A stretch of DNA of 64,000 bases, from positions 71,672,001-71,736,000 of the forward strand of contig OZ024744.1 of assembly GCA_964016885.1 (NCBI GenBank), read 5' to 3'. The position numbers and the translations under genes are program-made. The notes below the pieces were generated by a model, which saw only the letters and a program-made list of their open reading frames with translations, made no database searches and was not told the origin of the DNA. Below are positions 15,477 to 29,256 of the stretch, piece after piece (the stretch's first letter is position 1; each line of letters begins with the position of its first letter). The stretch comes from Eledone cirrhosa (lineage: Eukaryota).

Positions 15477-16427
15477 TAGAAAGTGAGGTTTTTTTTAACA
15501 AAATGAAAAACAACCGAGGTGTCCTACACGAGTGAAAGTATAAAGAAAAATAGATGAAATCGAAAATGCAACTGGAGTCTTATTTAAAAAAAAAATATAT
15601 ATATTTATTTGGTTCCTTTACCGGTTTCGCAGTTCTTCTGCTTTTCAAAAGTAGAGTTGAGATGGAGGTTCCGTCGTTTTTCTCACATCTGCTTTGTCTC
15701 TGAATGTTATTTGTTTTATATGGAAAAAGTGGCTCGAAATGCCAGGTTTTTCGAGAAGTAATTTGATTGGTTGGTCAATAATTATAATAAATTTCGCGCC
15801 AGTTCGCGTTACAAAGCTCTTCAAAGAGGGGGGATGGGTGGGTCACAGGTTGTTTTTTCATATATGAGAGTTTGAATTTCTTTTCACTTAAAAGAAAGGT
15901 GGGGGGCTCACGAAGGCTTTTTATTAATAAACGTAATTCGATTGGTTATAAATGAAATTATGACTGTCACGTGAACAAGTTTTCATTAAATTTTCGCGCC
16001 CTTATTTGGAAATCTATTCTGTAGCCTTTTTAGAGAATTTTATGACAAGTAAAAGATAATGGTCAAGAGAAATTGACCATTACAAGCAAACAAATAAACA
16101 TACATATCTTTACTTTCTTTATTCAATAGAAAATCTGAATTCTGACACCCCATCGAACTAACCATATTCACTGAACCAGAACAATTCTCCCATTCAAACA
16201 AGTAACATTCAGAGACCAACCAGATGTGAGAAAAACCACAGACCCTCCATCTCAACTCTACTTTTGAAAAGCAGAAGAACTGCGAAACCGGTAAAGGAAC
16301 CAAATAAATATATATATTTTTTTAAAAATAAGACTCCAGTTGCATTTTCGATTACATCTATTTTTCTTTATACTTTCACTCGTGTAGGACACCTCGGTTA
16401 TTTTTCATTTTGTAAAAAAACCCTCAC

Positions 16428-16435
<8 letters not shown>
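15475..16435. mobile_element. Family D fold-back pLTR insertion (arms about 250 bp) in (TA)n
   Basis: 15475-15720 is the reverse complement of 16190-16435. HHRs at 15616-15651(-) and 16261-16296(+). Confidence 0.85.
16261..16296 (+). ncRNA. Minimal hammerhead ribozyme, family D (U3-A8 core UUGAAAA)
   Basis: CTT-TTGAAAA-GCAG aagaa CTGC-GAAA-CCGG-TA-AAG with palindromic stem III ACCGGT. Confidence 0.75.
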
Positions 16436-16469
<34 letters not shown>

Positions 16470-16475
<6 letters not shown>

Positions 16476-16590
16476 GGAAAAAATGAAACGAAATTTCATT
16501 TCCCACTCTTAGTATGGCTGTTACTTAAATATAAGTATGTACACGTACATTGATATATGTATACAGACGTACAGTAGTATGTATATATAT
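16470..16590 (-). mobile_element. 3' stub of the family C unit
   Basis: Matches 11194-11310. Confidence 0.8.
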
Positions 16591-16714
16591 ATATTATTTA
16601 TAGTTATGTATACACTATATACAACTATAAACAGGAAAGATCAGTAATTTATTACTACCTTATTATCAGTAAGAAAAAATAGCTCAATGTAAATACATGA
16701 GATGTTTTACAGAG

Positions 16715-17861
16715 CTGGAATATAAATTACACAATAATCAAAGCTATGTTCAAATCAATTTTATTGCTGACAATCGTTTCTTCCAAACTATCGTTTGGAT
16801 TCATCGGAGCAGTAGCAATGTTTGTATATATAATTAACCTACTACTCAACTGAACAATCATATAGATATATGGATATTAATGTCAACAACAGTTTCGTAT
16901 TTACATGGTGGAATGGATGCAACATAGATTACAGGAGAATTGTACAATAATTAAAATTAAAAATTAAAAAGGTACAGAGTCGAATGCAAGCGACAGAGAT
17001 TATAAGGGAATAGTATAACAATTAAAGAGGCATTAAGGCAGAAAGTTACTCGTAAGACGAGGACACTAGCAGTACATATGCAAGCGTAAAGAGAGTGCAA
17101 ATGCATTAGTCATAAACAGGAAAGAAACAAGCAATGGTATTAGGCATATATAAAATTTTGCAAGGCAAAGGTATCACATGAAATAAGCATATCAGGCAAA
17201 GCTGTTTTTGTATTAAAACTATGTGTTTATGGTGGATGTAGTGTGACTGTTGATTTTGTAATATTCAAATGTATATGTGCTGAGAGTATCAATGTTATTG
17301 CTATCTTTTCCATTACATTGGCTATGTTTTATTTTAGTGAATGTTTTTAATCAGCCACAGCCATGGATTGTACACCGGTCCTATTATATTGCTATAATAG
17401 TTTTATTTCATGTGATACCTTTGCCTTGCAAAAAATTATATATGCCTAATACCATTGCTTCTTTCTTTCTTGTATATGACTAATGCATTTGCACTCTCTT
17501 TACGCTTGCATATGTACTACTAGTGTCCTCGTCTTACGAGTAAATTTCTGCCTTAATGCCTTTTTAATTGTTATACTATTCCCTTATAATCTCTGTCGCT
17601 TGCATTCGACTCTGTACCTTTTTAATTTTTAATTTTAATTATTGTACAATTCTCCTGTAATCTATGTCGCATCCATTCCACCATGTAAATACGAAACTGT
17701 TGTTGACATTAATATCCATATATCTATATGATTGTTCAGTTGAATAGTAGGTAAATTATATGTACAAACATTGCTACTGCTCCGATGAATCCAAACGATA
17801 GTTTGGAAGAAACGATTGTCAACAATAAAATTGATTTGAACATAGCTTTGATTATTGTGTA

Positions 17862-17868
<7 letters not shown>
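16715..17868. mobile_element. Family E fold-back insertion (arms about 465 bp)
   Basis: 16720-17185 is the reverse complement of 17403-17868. Each arm holds an HHR. Confidence 0.85.
16765..16811 (-). ncRNA. Hammerhead ribozyme, family E (core CCGAUGA, U4C); second copy 17778-17824(+)
   Basis: TGCT-CCGATGA-a-TCCAAAC gata GTTTGGA-a-GAAAC-GATT-GTC-AGCA. Confidence 0.8.
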
Positions 17869-17948
<80 letters not shown>

Positions 17949-17955
17949 TATGTAT

Positions 17956-18021
<66 letters not shown>

Positions 18022-19084
18022 GAAAAGTATAGAAATTGTTGTAGCGAGAAGCTAACAGTATTCCATAACATATAAGTGACTATAGCGTCAAAATGGGAAA
18101 ATAGTTAACATAAGATATGGGAAAAATAATTCAGACTCAATTCAAAAGGAATCAGGATATAGATTTATCCAACACAATTTAGAGAAATCCAGGGAAAAAT
18201 CAATAGAGTCTTAACTCATGATAAAACAAACTCTAAAGTACTCAACCTTCAATTTAGGACAACTTCAAATACTCTGTATAGTCTTGAAAAGACTATTTCA
18301 CAAAAACTTTCAGTGGGATGGTCACGGTTGCATTTCGTTCATCAGCAGAGCTCAACATGGTAACCAAGGTCTCACTGGTAATATGCCAAAAAGGGAATTT
18401 AAAAGCAGGATAGTTTAACATCATGCGTGATTATTAAAATAAACGCACATGTGGAAAAATAGGGCTGGTGACGTCAGAATGAGACAAATGTTTGTTTACA
18501 TGAACAACAGTCAAAAACATTCCGAAAGAAAACTCTACAAAAGGAGTTCAACAAAAAGCAATATCATCGCGGTCTTTTTTTTTTTAAATACCGGGATTAG
18601 TCACAAATAATTTAAGCACTCTAGGAAATAAATCCGAGTATATATAAAATCAGCAGCATATATATGCTGATGATTTCAAAAACTTACAAGTGTTGCATCA
18701 CTTGTACATGCTGAAAGCAATCAAAATGTTGTTACATAAGTGGAAATGAGAACCTCATATGAGTTTTCTGCACAGAGGAGGAACGTGAGTGGCAGATAAC
18801 AACAGAAACAACAAGAACAACAACACCAGGGTCCATAAACCGCTGCTTCCGGAGTATAGTCATTTGAAACTTTGAGGATGGCAAAAATAATCGCATCCTT
18901 TTCATTCTCAGAAGCCCACGATCAGAAGTTGAGGAGATCAAGAACATTTTGTGTGACATGATGGTATCACTTATTGGACACCTGATATCGATATTTGTCA
19001 CACCTAAGGCACGTGTTCTAAGAAACAAAGGAACTAGAGCTTTTTGATGAGACCTTAGTGGCAGATGTACAGCGTGGTAACAAA

Positions 19085-20040
19085 ACAATAATTCGTCGGG
19101 ATGGTCAGCCCTACAAGATTTACGTAGACATGCCAGACTTATTTCCCGATTCCTCGAAGCTGCCTACTACTACTGCTATTGGAAGAAGAATAGGAGCCTT
19201 CCCAGTTTTTATAAATCGAGCTTAGTGGAAATTCCATTTTGAAGTTCTATAGAGGATTAGATCGACGACGTTCTCGCAGAGGCTCTAAGCTTCAACGAAA
19301 TCGAATTGACCTGTCTCGTTCGGAGGACCTTTGAGCCGGGGAATATGGAAAACTACCAGAAATCCCTGGTTTGGCACTGCTACTGGGAGGCACTGCCGGT
19401 TCAAGATAAATTCTACAAACACGGAAGTGTCAATCAGACTGAGCTGCCTGAGATGCGCGCAGAGCGACGAAACTGCGCACAGTCGTTCTGAGTTCATGTA
19501 TTATTGACCTGTGGAGTTTTGTCGAACAGCTGTTATCGCATGCAGAATGGAACCGGCAATCGACTGACTCCATCGCGAAGATTATCTCGCCGTCATCTTT
19601 TGTCCGGGAAGGACAGGCAGTTTTCCTCTGCAAGGTGGCTGTGGTGTAAGAAGTTGTGTGATGGATAAGACTGAAAGGACTGAAAGCAGTTACATTCTTC
19701 TTCGGCCAATCCCTCATCAACTTTTTCAAGTTCCACTTGGAAAGGCAGGTGAGGGTGGGAGAGAAGTGCTGACTCCCCCCTCCCCCTAGTATATTTGTTA
19801 GAAGGTGGGTGAATATAAGGAGGGTGTCCTGGGTGAATGGGCCTACTCTGAACATGGGCTTGTAGGCTGGAGAGTGTAGAGAGGAGGAACTTTTTCCTAA
19901 GGTGCTCTCAGCAATCATAGGGTTTTCAGATCTGTGGGTTTCCTAAATTACCCTGGCTGGTGCCCCCCCCCCTTTTTTTTTCATTTGTATTGTCTTTTGT
20001 ATTTCGGCCCAAGTGGCCAACAAAGAAATTAATATCATTG
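19085..20040 (+). mobile_element. Tx1/L1-clade LINE fragment with a large internal deletion
   Basis: 19085-19220 resembles the RT N-terminal region of 33770-33875(-). It joins directly to the zf-RVT region (YQKSLVWHCYWEALPVQDKF) and the 3' end. Confidence 0.75.
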
Positions 20041-20163
20041 ATAGTAGTTGTATTAGTAGTAGTAGTTGTAATAGTAGCAGCAGCAGTAGCAGTAGTAGTA
20101 GTAGTAGTAGCAGCAGCAGCAGTAGTGGTATAGTAGTAGCAGTAGCAGTAGTAGTAGTAGTAA

Positions 20164-20205
<42 letters not shown>

Positions 20206-20217
20206 CAGCAGCAGCAA

Positions 20218-20261
<44 letters not shown>

Positions 20262-20270
20262 TCAGCACTA
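20041..20270. repeat. (TAG/CAG)n microsatellite
   Basis: Direct reading. Confidence 0.95.
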
Positions 20271-20349
20271 GCTTTAAAATGAAGCACTGAAGTACTCAAA
20301 TGAACACACAACAATATTACAGCTACGAATATATATTTGCACTCTCAAA

Positions 20350-20565
20350 TGCACACACAGTCGCACCCCACATACAACCGCTCTCTCTCTCTCTACACAC
20401 ACAACCGCTCTCTCTCTCTCTACACACACAGCCGCTCTCTCTCTCTCTACACACACAACCGCTTTCTCTTTACACACACACATATATAGCCGCTATATCT
20501 CTCCCTCTCTTTTTCTCTTTCTCTCTCTACACACACATACAACCGCTCTTTCTCTACACATAATA
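20350..20565. repeat. Minisatellite ACAACCGCTCTCTCTCTCTCTACACAC (about 27-bp units)
   Basis: About 5-6 imperfect copies. Confidence 0.8.
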
Positions 20566-20609
20566 CTCACACGCACACAGAAAAAGAATGAGCGTGATGG
20601 TGAGAGAGA

Positions 20610-20657
<48 letters not shown>

Positions 20658-20690
20658 CAGAGGAGAGGATACATATATATATATATATAT

Positions 20691-20875
20691 ATAGGAAAAA
20701 GTATGACCCCGACGGCAGAGCTCAATCCGTTTAGACGGCTATTTCAGTCCAGAAATAGCCGTCGAAACGGCTTGAGCTCTGCCGTCGGGGTCATACTTTT
20801 TCTTATTACCCACTCTACTACCCTAAGTATTGAGTACTCTGGTGCGTTATGGTCCATCTGGTTCCTTACCACAAA
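20691..20875 (+). mobile_element. Family F short palindromic element (115-bp hairpin plus about 75-bp tail)
   Basis: Near-perfect hairpin at 20691-20806 containing an HHR 3' half, GAAA-CGGC ttgagctct GCCG-TC. Copies at 22828-23030, 37610-37790(-) and 47944-48115. Confidence 0.8.
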
Positions 20876-20879
20876 GGAA

Positions 20880-21780
20880 AAGAAAATGCTGACAAATTGT
20901 TCCCAGTGAAAAATAGTTTAATTAGGAATAAGTAAAAAGTAGTAATAAGTATTGGTTAGTATTCAGTTTTGGTTTTAAGTTTTGGAGATGTATGGAAGAG
21001 CTTTTAGTTTCGGTTGATTTACTTTAGGGTGTCTAAGGTCCTGGGTACTGAGTTTTAGGGCACATTGGATTCCATTGTCAATTAGTGATGGAGGGTAGTC
21101 CCTGCCTATGAGTGTGTCCTTTAGTTCTTGTAGCCGTAAGTAACAGGTGTTTTTATTGGAGACTATAGTACAGATTCTCTTGGCTAAGTTGTAGGGAATA
21201 TTAATTTTAACGTGTCTAGAGAGGCAAGAGTTGAAAGGGAGATATTGCTTGGAGTCTGTGGGCTTGTAGTATATGTCTGTTTCTATTTTTTTGTTATGAA
21301 TCTTAATGAGGATGTCGAGGAAGGGGAGTTGTTGATGGCTGTATTCCATCGTAAAGTTAATATTCGTGTTGAGCCCATTTATAAGGGTGTGAAATTCTTT
21401 AAGTTTCTCGATGTTTTCGTGCCAAAGGATGAAGCAGTCATCTAGATATCGCTTCCAGTTCCTTTCTATGTGTAAGTGGAGAGTGTTTCCAAATTTGTTT
21501 AGTACTTTAGTGTAGAGGGTGATTTCCAGGTATCCCATGACTAGGTTGGCATAAGTGGGGGCTGTTTTTGTTCCCATAGCGGTCCCAGATTTCTGCCTGT
21601 AGGATTTGTTATTGAAAACGAAGTAATTGTTCTCCAGGATAAATTTGAGTCCCTCTATTACGAATTCTTTTTGAATGCGTTATGTGAGTTCATTGTGGTA
21701 ATTATCCAGCCAGAATTAGATAGCTTCTATTCCTAGGTTGTGGGGGATGTTGGAGTATAGGTTGACTACATCGAACGTCA
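20880..21780 (-). mobile_element. PLE RT core and thumb fragment
   Basis: FDVVNLYSNIPH...GTAMGTKTAPTYANLVMG...WKRYLDDCFILW...LPFLD...YYKPTDS. Confidence 0.92.
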
Positions 21781-22767
21781 CTTTTCGTCCTCTCCCACGA
21801 CTCCACCTGGCTCTCATCCTTATTCCTGTTCCCGCTGCAACACTTGTCCCTTTATTTCCACCCTACCACACTTACAGGCCCTAACGCGTCTTTCCGTCTC
21901 CGCCATTCCTTCACCTGCACATCCACCCACGTTGTCTATGCCCTCCGGTGTTCCCTTTGCGGGTCTTTATATATCGGACAAACGGGACGCCGATTGGCGG
22001 ACCGTTTTGCCGAACATTTGAGGGACATACGACTCGGTTTAGATACTCCTGTCACCCGTCATTTCTGTCCTCCTGGTCATTCTTCCCTACATGTTTCAGT
22101 CCTCGGTGTCCTTTTACATCATGGATCACAGGCCTTGCGCACCAGGACTAAACAAAGTCTGATTCAACGCCTTGGGTCCTATTCCCCTCTTGGACTCAAC
22201 TCACCGCCCCAATTTCTCTAATACCCCATCCATTATCACACCCCTAGATTCCTATCGCTTTCACTTGATCATTAGCAGCTTCTCTTACTAATACATGCCG
22301 ATACACACCCTTATATTAACATACTTTTGCTCATAGCTTCGTACTTACATGCACACGCACTCTTTTACTCACATATACACACACATTTCTTCTTAGCTTC
22401 GTACGGACCTATAATAACATACACATACGAACACACACACACAAACACATTCTTAGGCACGTGCTCAAGTATAGCTCTTTTTACAAAACGTTTTTTCCAT
22501 TTCAGGTAAACTCGTTCCATCATACACAAAACGCCAGCACCAACAGTTTTGCAAGAGATGTCAACATGAATGGACATGTTATTTTTATCTAAAGATATTT
22601 TTCCAATTCCATCCCGCCCGTCCCCTCAATCTATTTTATTTCTCATTCTTTCTTCTGATGAAGGACTAGCGTCCGAAACGTTAAAACCCTCTTCCTGCTC
22701 TCTCAAACGTTAACCTAATATATACCTTCCATATACTGTACCGATTGTGTTGTTATTTCTGTTTACC

Positions 22768-22772
<5 letters not shown>
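21781..22772 (+). mobile_element. PLE family G 3' part (GIY-YIG and pLTR)
   Basis: FTCTSTHVVYALRCSLCGSLYIGQTGRRLADRFAEH...PLGLN. The pLTR is homologous to 30600-30785 and 63560-63755. Confidence 0.9.
22651..22686 (+). ncRNA. Minimal hammerhead ribozyme, family G
   Basis: TCTT-CTGATGA-a-GGAC tagc GTCC-GAAA-CG-TT-AAAA with palindromic AACGTT. The copy at 63634-63669 has the pairing AAGA stem I strand. Confidence 0.8.
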
Positions 22773-22808
<36 letters not shown>

Positions 22809-22827
22809 TATATATATAAATATATAT

Positions 22828-23029
22828 ATAGGAAAATGTATGACCCCGACGGCAGAGCTTAAGCCGTTTCGACGTCTATTTCTGGACGCCAGAAATAGCC
22901 GTCGGAACTGCTTGAGCTCTGCCGTCGGGGTCATACATTTTCCTATTACCCACTCTACTACCCTAAGTATTGATTACTGTAGTGCGTTATGGTCCATCTG
23001 GATCCTTACCACTTACCACAACTCCTTCG

Positions 23030-23030
<1 letters not shown>
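22828..23030 (+). mobile_element. Family F palindromic element
   Basis: Hairpin at 22828-22946 with the same tail as 20807-20875, flanked by (TA)n. Confidence 0.8.
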
Positions 23031-23336
<306 letters not shown>

Positions 23337-23957
23337 AATGAACGTAACTAAATACTTACATACCTTAAAGCATTTAATCTGATGTCCCATTTCTAATAAC
23401 GCTTCCATCTTGAAAGGGCGTAATGAAGAAGAGCAATCCTTTTCTGAGTTAAGGAAAATGTCAGGTGTGTCAATCTATCTATCTATATATCTATCTGTCA
23501 CTCTTTGTCTCTGTCTGCCTCTCTCTTTTCTGTCTCTTTCACTTTCTCTCTTTCTCTCTCTTTCACGCTGTCTCTCTATATATACATACACACACACATA
23601 CATACATACATATATATATGGTGGCTGCCAACTCGTTTTCGAGTACGGCCACTACTTTATATCCATGTAGGAGAACGCCTACCGATGCGCTGAACGAGTG
23701 TGACTTTTTAGTCCAGCCAGCGACTTGAAAACTCTGGTACAAACACTACACTTGTGACAATTATTGACACATAGTGCTGGGCCCATGGTACCATGTGATG
23801 ACAAGTGCAGAGAGATCTCCAGATATAAAGCAATGCCTGTGCCGTGAAGCTTTTATAGTGAGCAAAAGCACTGCACAAAGCCAGTCCCACTCTCTTAACC
23901 AAGATGATATTTACCAAAAAGAAGAACAAGTCAAGAAGAACATATATATATATATAC

Positions 23958-24446
<489 letters not shown>

Positions 24447-24612
24447 AATTAATATCTAGTAACATCTATATACATACAGATGCATGTCAATGCTAGCAAA
24501 TATATAGGTTTTGTCTTAGTAACTTTGTGGTTCAATGCATGGGGTTGCAGAACAATAATATGAGAGACGTAAAATAAGAAAATTATAAAATTAACTTACT
24601 TACTAAAATTTC

Positions 24613-24694
24613 ACTCCCAACTAATTAGTTTCTGAAATGGAATAAATATACTTTCCGAAGAAAATATAGAGAAGCATTTCGTCGTCAGGGAAGT
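24613..24694 (-). ncRNA. Hammerhead ribozyme, family I
   Basis: ACTTCC-CTGACGA-c-GAAATG...CATTTC-a-GAAAC-TAATTA-GTT-GGGAGT with palindromic ACTAATTAGT stem III. Confidence 0.85.
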
Positions 24695-25349
24695 CTATTC
24701 TCAGCTAAGTATCCAGGCAAAGCGTGGTCTCTGGAAACTTATACAAAAATAATTCAGTGGATAGAAAATAGCAACGCGTGGACTGAATTCCTAGCCATTG
24801 AGAAAATCACTGCCTACTGCGTCGGTGGCAAATTCAAAAAGAATCAATCACGTGACATCGAGGTCAATCAGTGGAAAGTGGTTTGTTAAGAAGACAGCGG
24901 CCTGCCTGCTACCATAGCAGCAGTCTTGGCCAATATTGCTCGACAAATAATTTGGAGATAATTATAAAGAATTAATATCTAGTAACATATATATATACAT
25001 ACAGATGCATATCAATGCTAGCAAATATATAGGTTTTGTCTTAGTAACTTTGTGGTTCAATGCATGGGGTTGCAGAACAATAATATGAGAGACGTAAAAT
25101 AAGAAAATTATAAAATTAACTTACTTACTAAAATTTCACTCCCAACTAATTAGTTTCTTAGTAACTTTGTGGTTCAATGCAAGGGGAGGCAGTACAATTA
25201 TATGAAACACGTAAAATAAGAAAATTATAGTAATTAGCTTACTTAGTTAAATTTCACTCCAACTAATTAGTTCCTGAAAGGGAATATACATGTAGAACAT
25301 GTATAAGTTCCCTGTGTCCACGCATCGCCAGGTATCTTAGCTGAGAATG

Positions 25350-25421
25350 ACTCCCTGATGACGAAAAGGTTTCTCCATGTTCTACATGTATATTCCCTTT
25401 CAGAAATTAATTAGTTGGAGT
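25350..25421 (+). ncRNA. Hammerhead ribozyme, family I subfamily 2 (next copy 25866-25937)
   Basis: ACTCC-CTGATGA-c-GAAAAGG...CCCTTTC-a-GAAAT-TAATTA-GTT-GGAGT. Confidence 0.85.
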
Positions 25422-25985
25422 GAAATTTAAGTAAGTAAGCTAATTACTATAATTTTCTTATTTTACGTTTTTCATATAATTGTTCTGCATCCCCTTGCAT
25501 TGAATCACAAAGTTACTAAGACAAAACCTACATATTTGCTTGCATAGGTATACATCTGTATATATATGTTGGTAGATATACTAATTCTTTATAATTATCT
25601 CATTATTTTGTTGAGAAAAAATTTGCCAAAATTACTATTATAGTTCATAGTAACAGCTTGGCTACTGTCTTTTTAACACCCCACTCCTCACTGATTAACC
25701 TCGATGTCACGTGATTGATTCTTTTGAATTTGCCACCGAACAAGAAGGCAGTGACTGTTTCAGTGACCTGGAATTTAGTCCCCGCTTGCTCTCTTCCATC
25801 CACTGAATATATTTTTGTATAAGTTCCCTGTGTCCACGCATCGCCAGGTATCTTAGCTGAGAATGACACCCTGATGACGAAAAGGTTTCTCCATCTTTTA
25901 CATGTATATTCCCTTTCAGAAACTAATTAGTCGGAGTGAAATTTAAGTAAGTAAGCTAATTACTATAATTTTCTTATTTTACGTT

Positions 25986-26960
<975 letters not shown>

Positions 26961-26984
26961 AGCATATATATTTATATATATATG

Positions 26985-27240
26985 ATCAGTGTTGAACAAA
27001 CGAGGAACGATGGTTGCTGGACACTACGGCTTAATACGGGATGTTTGTTTACAAACACACCGAGCATTATAATAAATGTTCGGTGAATCCATACTTACAT
27101 ATATATATGTGTGCATGTTTGTATATATACATACTACTGTACGTCTGTATGCATATATGTATGTACGTGTACATACTTATATTTAAGTAACAGCCGTACT
27201 AAGAGTGGGAAATTAAATTTCGTTTCATTTTTTCCGTTTA
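26985..27240 (+). mobile_element. Partial family C unit (3' half)
   Basis: Matches 14755-15070. Confidence 0.8.
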
Positions 27241-27258
27241 TATATATATATATATATA

Positions 27259-28132
27259 CGAGGTGTGTCAGAAAAGTTCCAGGACTGATGTCACAAAATA
27301 TTTATTTCAAACCCAAACTTCACACTAAGAGTTTTCTCCTTCAAAGTAATCCCCCTGGAGTATGTAACTGTAATCTTAGCTCTCTGCAGCGATCAAACTT
27401 TTTTCTTCATAATTTTATATACTTGTCCTCGGTTTCAGGTCGTTAAGCAATGAGCACAGAGCAACGACCAAACTTGAAATTTCTGGTACGGTTGGGGAAA
27501 ACTCCGCCAGAAGCACTGGGATTGCTGCAGCAAGTGTATGGAGATGAGACGATGTCACGCACATGTGTTTTTGAGTGGTGCAAGAGGTTTAAAGAAGGAC
27601 GCGAGGACGTGGAAGATGACCCCAGGAGCGGAAGGCCCTCAACAACCAGGACTGAGGTCAACGTTGAGCGCGTCATGGCAAATGAGCTGGGCATGAATCG
27701 GGACAGCGTCTGGAAGATTCTCACTGAAGATTTGGACATGCGGAAAGTCTGCGCGAAGATGGTGCCAAAACTGCTGAGCGATGACCAGAAGGGTCGAGGC
27801 ATGCAAGTTTGCCAGGAAATCTTCGAGTGTCTTGAAACCGAACCAGACTTGCTAGGGACAGTCATCATCGGTGATGAGTCATGGACCTTCGAGTTCGACC
27901 CGGAGGGGACCCGTTTTGAAGACGTGGACGACATGAAAAAGGCCGTGACGACGGAACTGCGGAGGATCCCGGAACAATCCTTCTAGGAATGCATGCAAGC
28001 ATGGCAGAAAAGGATAGAAAAGTGCATTAGATTCCAGAGGGATTACTTTGAAGGAGAAAACTCTTAGTGTGAAGTTTGGGTTTGAAATAAATCTTTTGTG
28101 ACATCAGTCCTGGAACTTTTCTGACACACCTA

Positions 28133-28133
<1 letters not shown>
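27259..28133 (+). mobile_element. Internally deleted mariner transposon with about 101-bp TIRs, TA target
   Basis: TIRs at 27259-27359 and 28033-28133 (CGAGGTGTGTCAGAAAAGTTCCAGGACTGATG...), with TA on both sides. Confidence 0.93.
27450..27986 (+). pseudogene. Mariner transposase with in-frame deletion of most of the catalytic domain
   Basis: HTH region (LVRLGKTPPEA...VFEWCKRFKEGREDVEDDPRSGRP), MVPKLL linker (WVPHEL equivalent) and GDESW (first Asp), fused directly to the C-terminal GTRFEDVDD. Confidence 0.85.
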
Positions 28134-28189
<56 letters not shown>

Positions 28190-28267
28190 TATATATATAT
28201 ATATATATATACAGATATATATATATACATAGTTATATACAGATATATATATACATATATATATATA

Positions 28268-28341
<74 letters not shown>

Positions 28342-28350
28342 CACACACAA

Positions 28351-28381
<31 letters not shown>

Positions 28382-28759
28382 CATACACACACAGTGTAAG
28401 GTGCAATATTTCTTGAAGTCTCCTTGATTAGGTGTTAGGAAGTAAGGATTGTGTTGTCTTTTAACTTATATATGTTTATGTGTTCCTTTACTTTTTTTCT
28501 TGTTTTATTTTGTTTCATTTCTCATCTCTTGGATTTAAGCAGATGCTCACACTTGGAAGCTTCTGTAGAGTTCAGCCTAGGATGGCTTGACAAAACATCA
28601 GATGTTTATTTATGCTAGTTATATGCTAGAATAATAACGACAACTATAACAAGAACAAAAAACAACAAAAAAACAACGGCGACCGACAACACAACAGCCA
28701 CCGCCACTATTATGATATGATACAACCCCCCCACCCACCCTACCCGTGTTAGCACCAAC

Positions 28760-28761
28760 CA

Positions 28762-28850
<89 letters not shown>

Positions 28851-28924
28851 ATAATAATAATAATAATAATACTTCTACTACTACTACTGCCACCAACACC
28901 ACCGTCACCACCACCACCACCACG

Positions 28925-28978
<54 letters not shown>

Positions 28979-28980
28979 TA
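28760..28980. repeat. (CTA)n, (TAA)n and (CCA)n microsatellites
   Basis: Direct reading. Confidence 0.95.
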
Positions 28981-29190
28981 GAAAAATGAACAAAACAACA
29001 ACAACAAAATACTGTGTGTTTGGTGCAGTTTTAGTCAGTATGGTGAGAATTAAACAAATAAATAAAATTACCAAATATATGTGACCTTTCATATTTAGGA
29101 GAAATACTTTTAAAGAAAAAAATAAAGGCAAACAGAAAAAAAAAACGTTATCGTTAATGAAGTTGTATGGTAGAATTTTCTGAAAAAGAG

Positions 29191-29256
<66 letters not shown>

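Noticed and set aside
18460-18500. HHR-like CTGGTGA...GAGACAAATGTTTGTT
   Set aside because: Two core mismatches, no convincing stem I and no second copy in the window.
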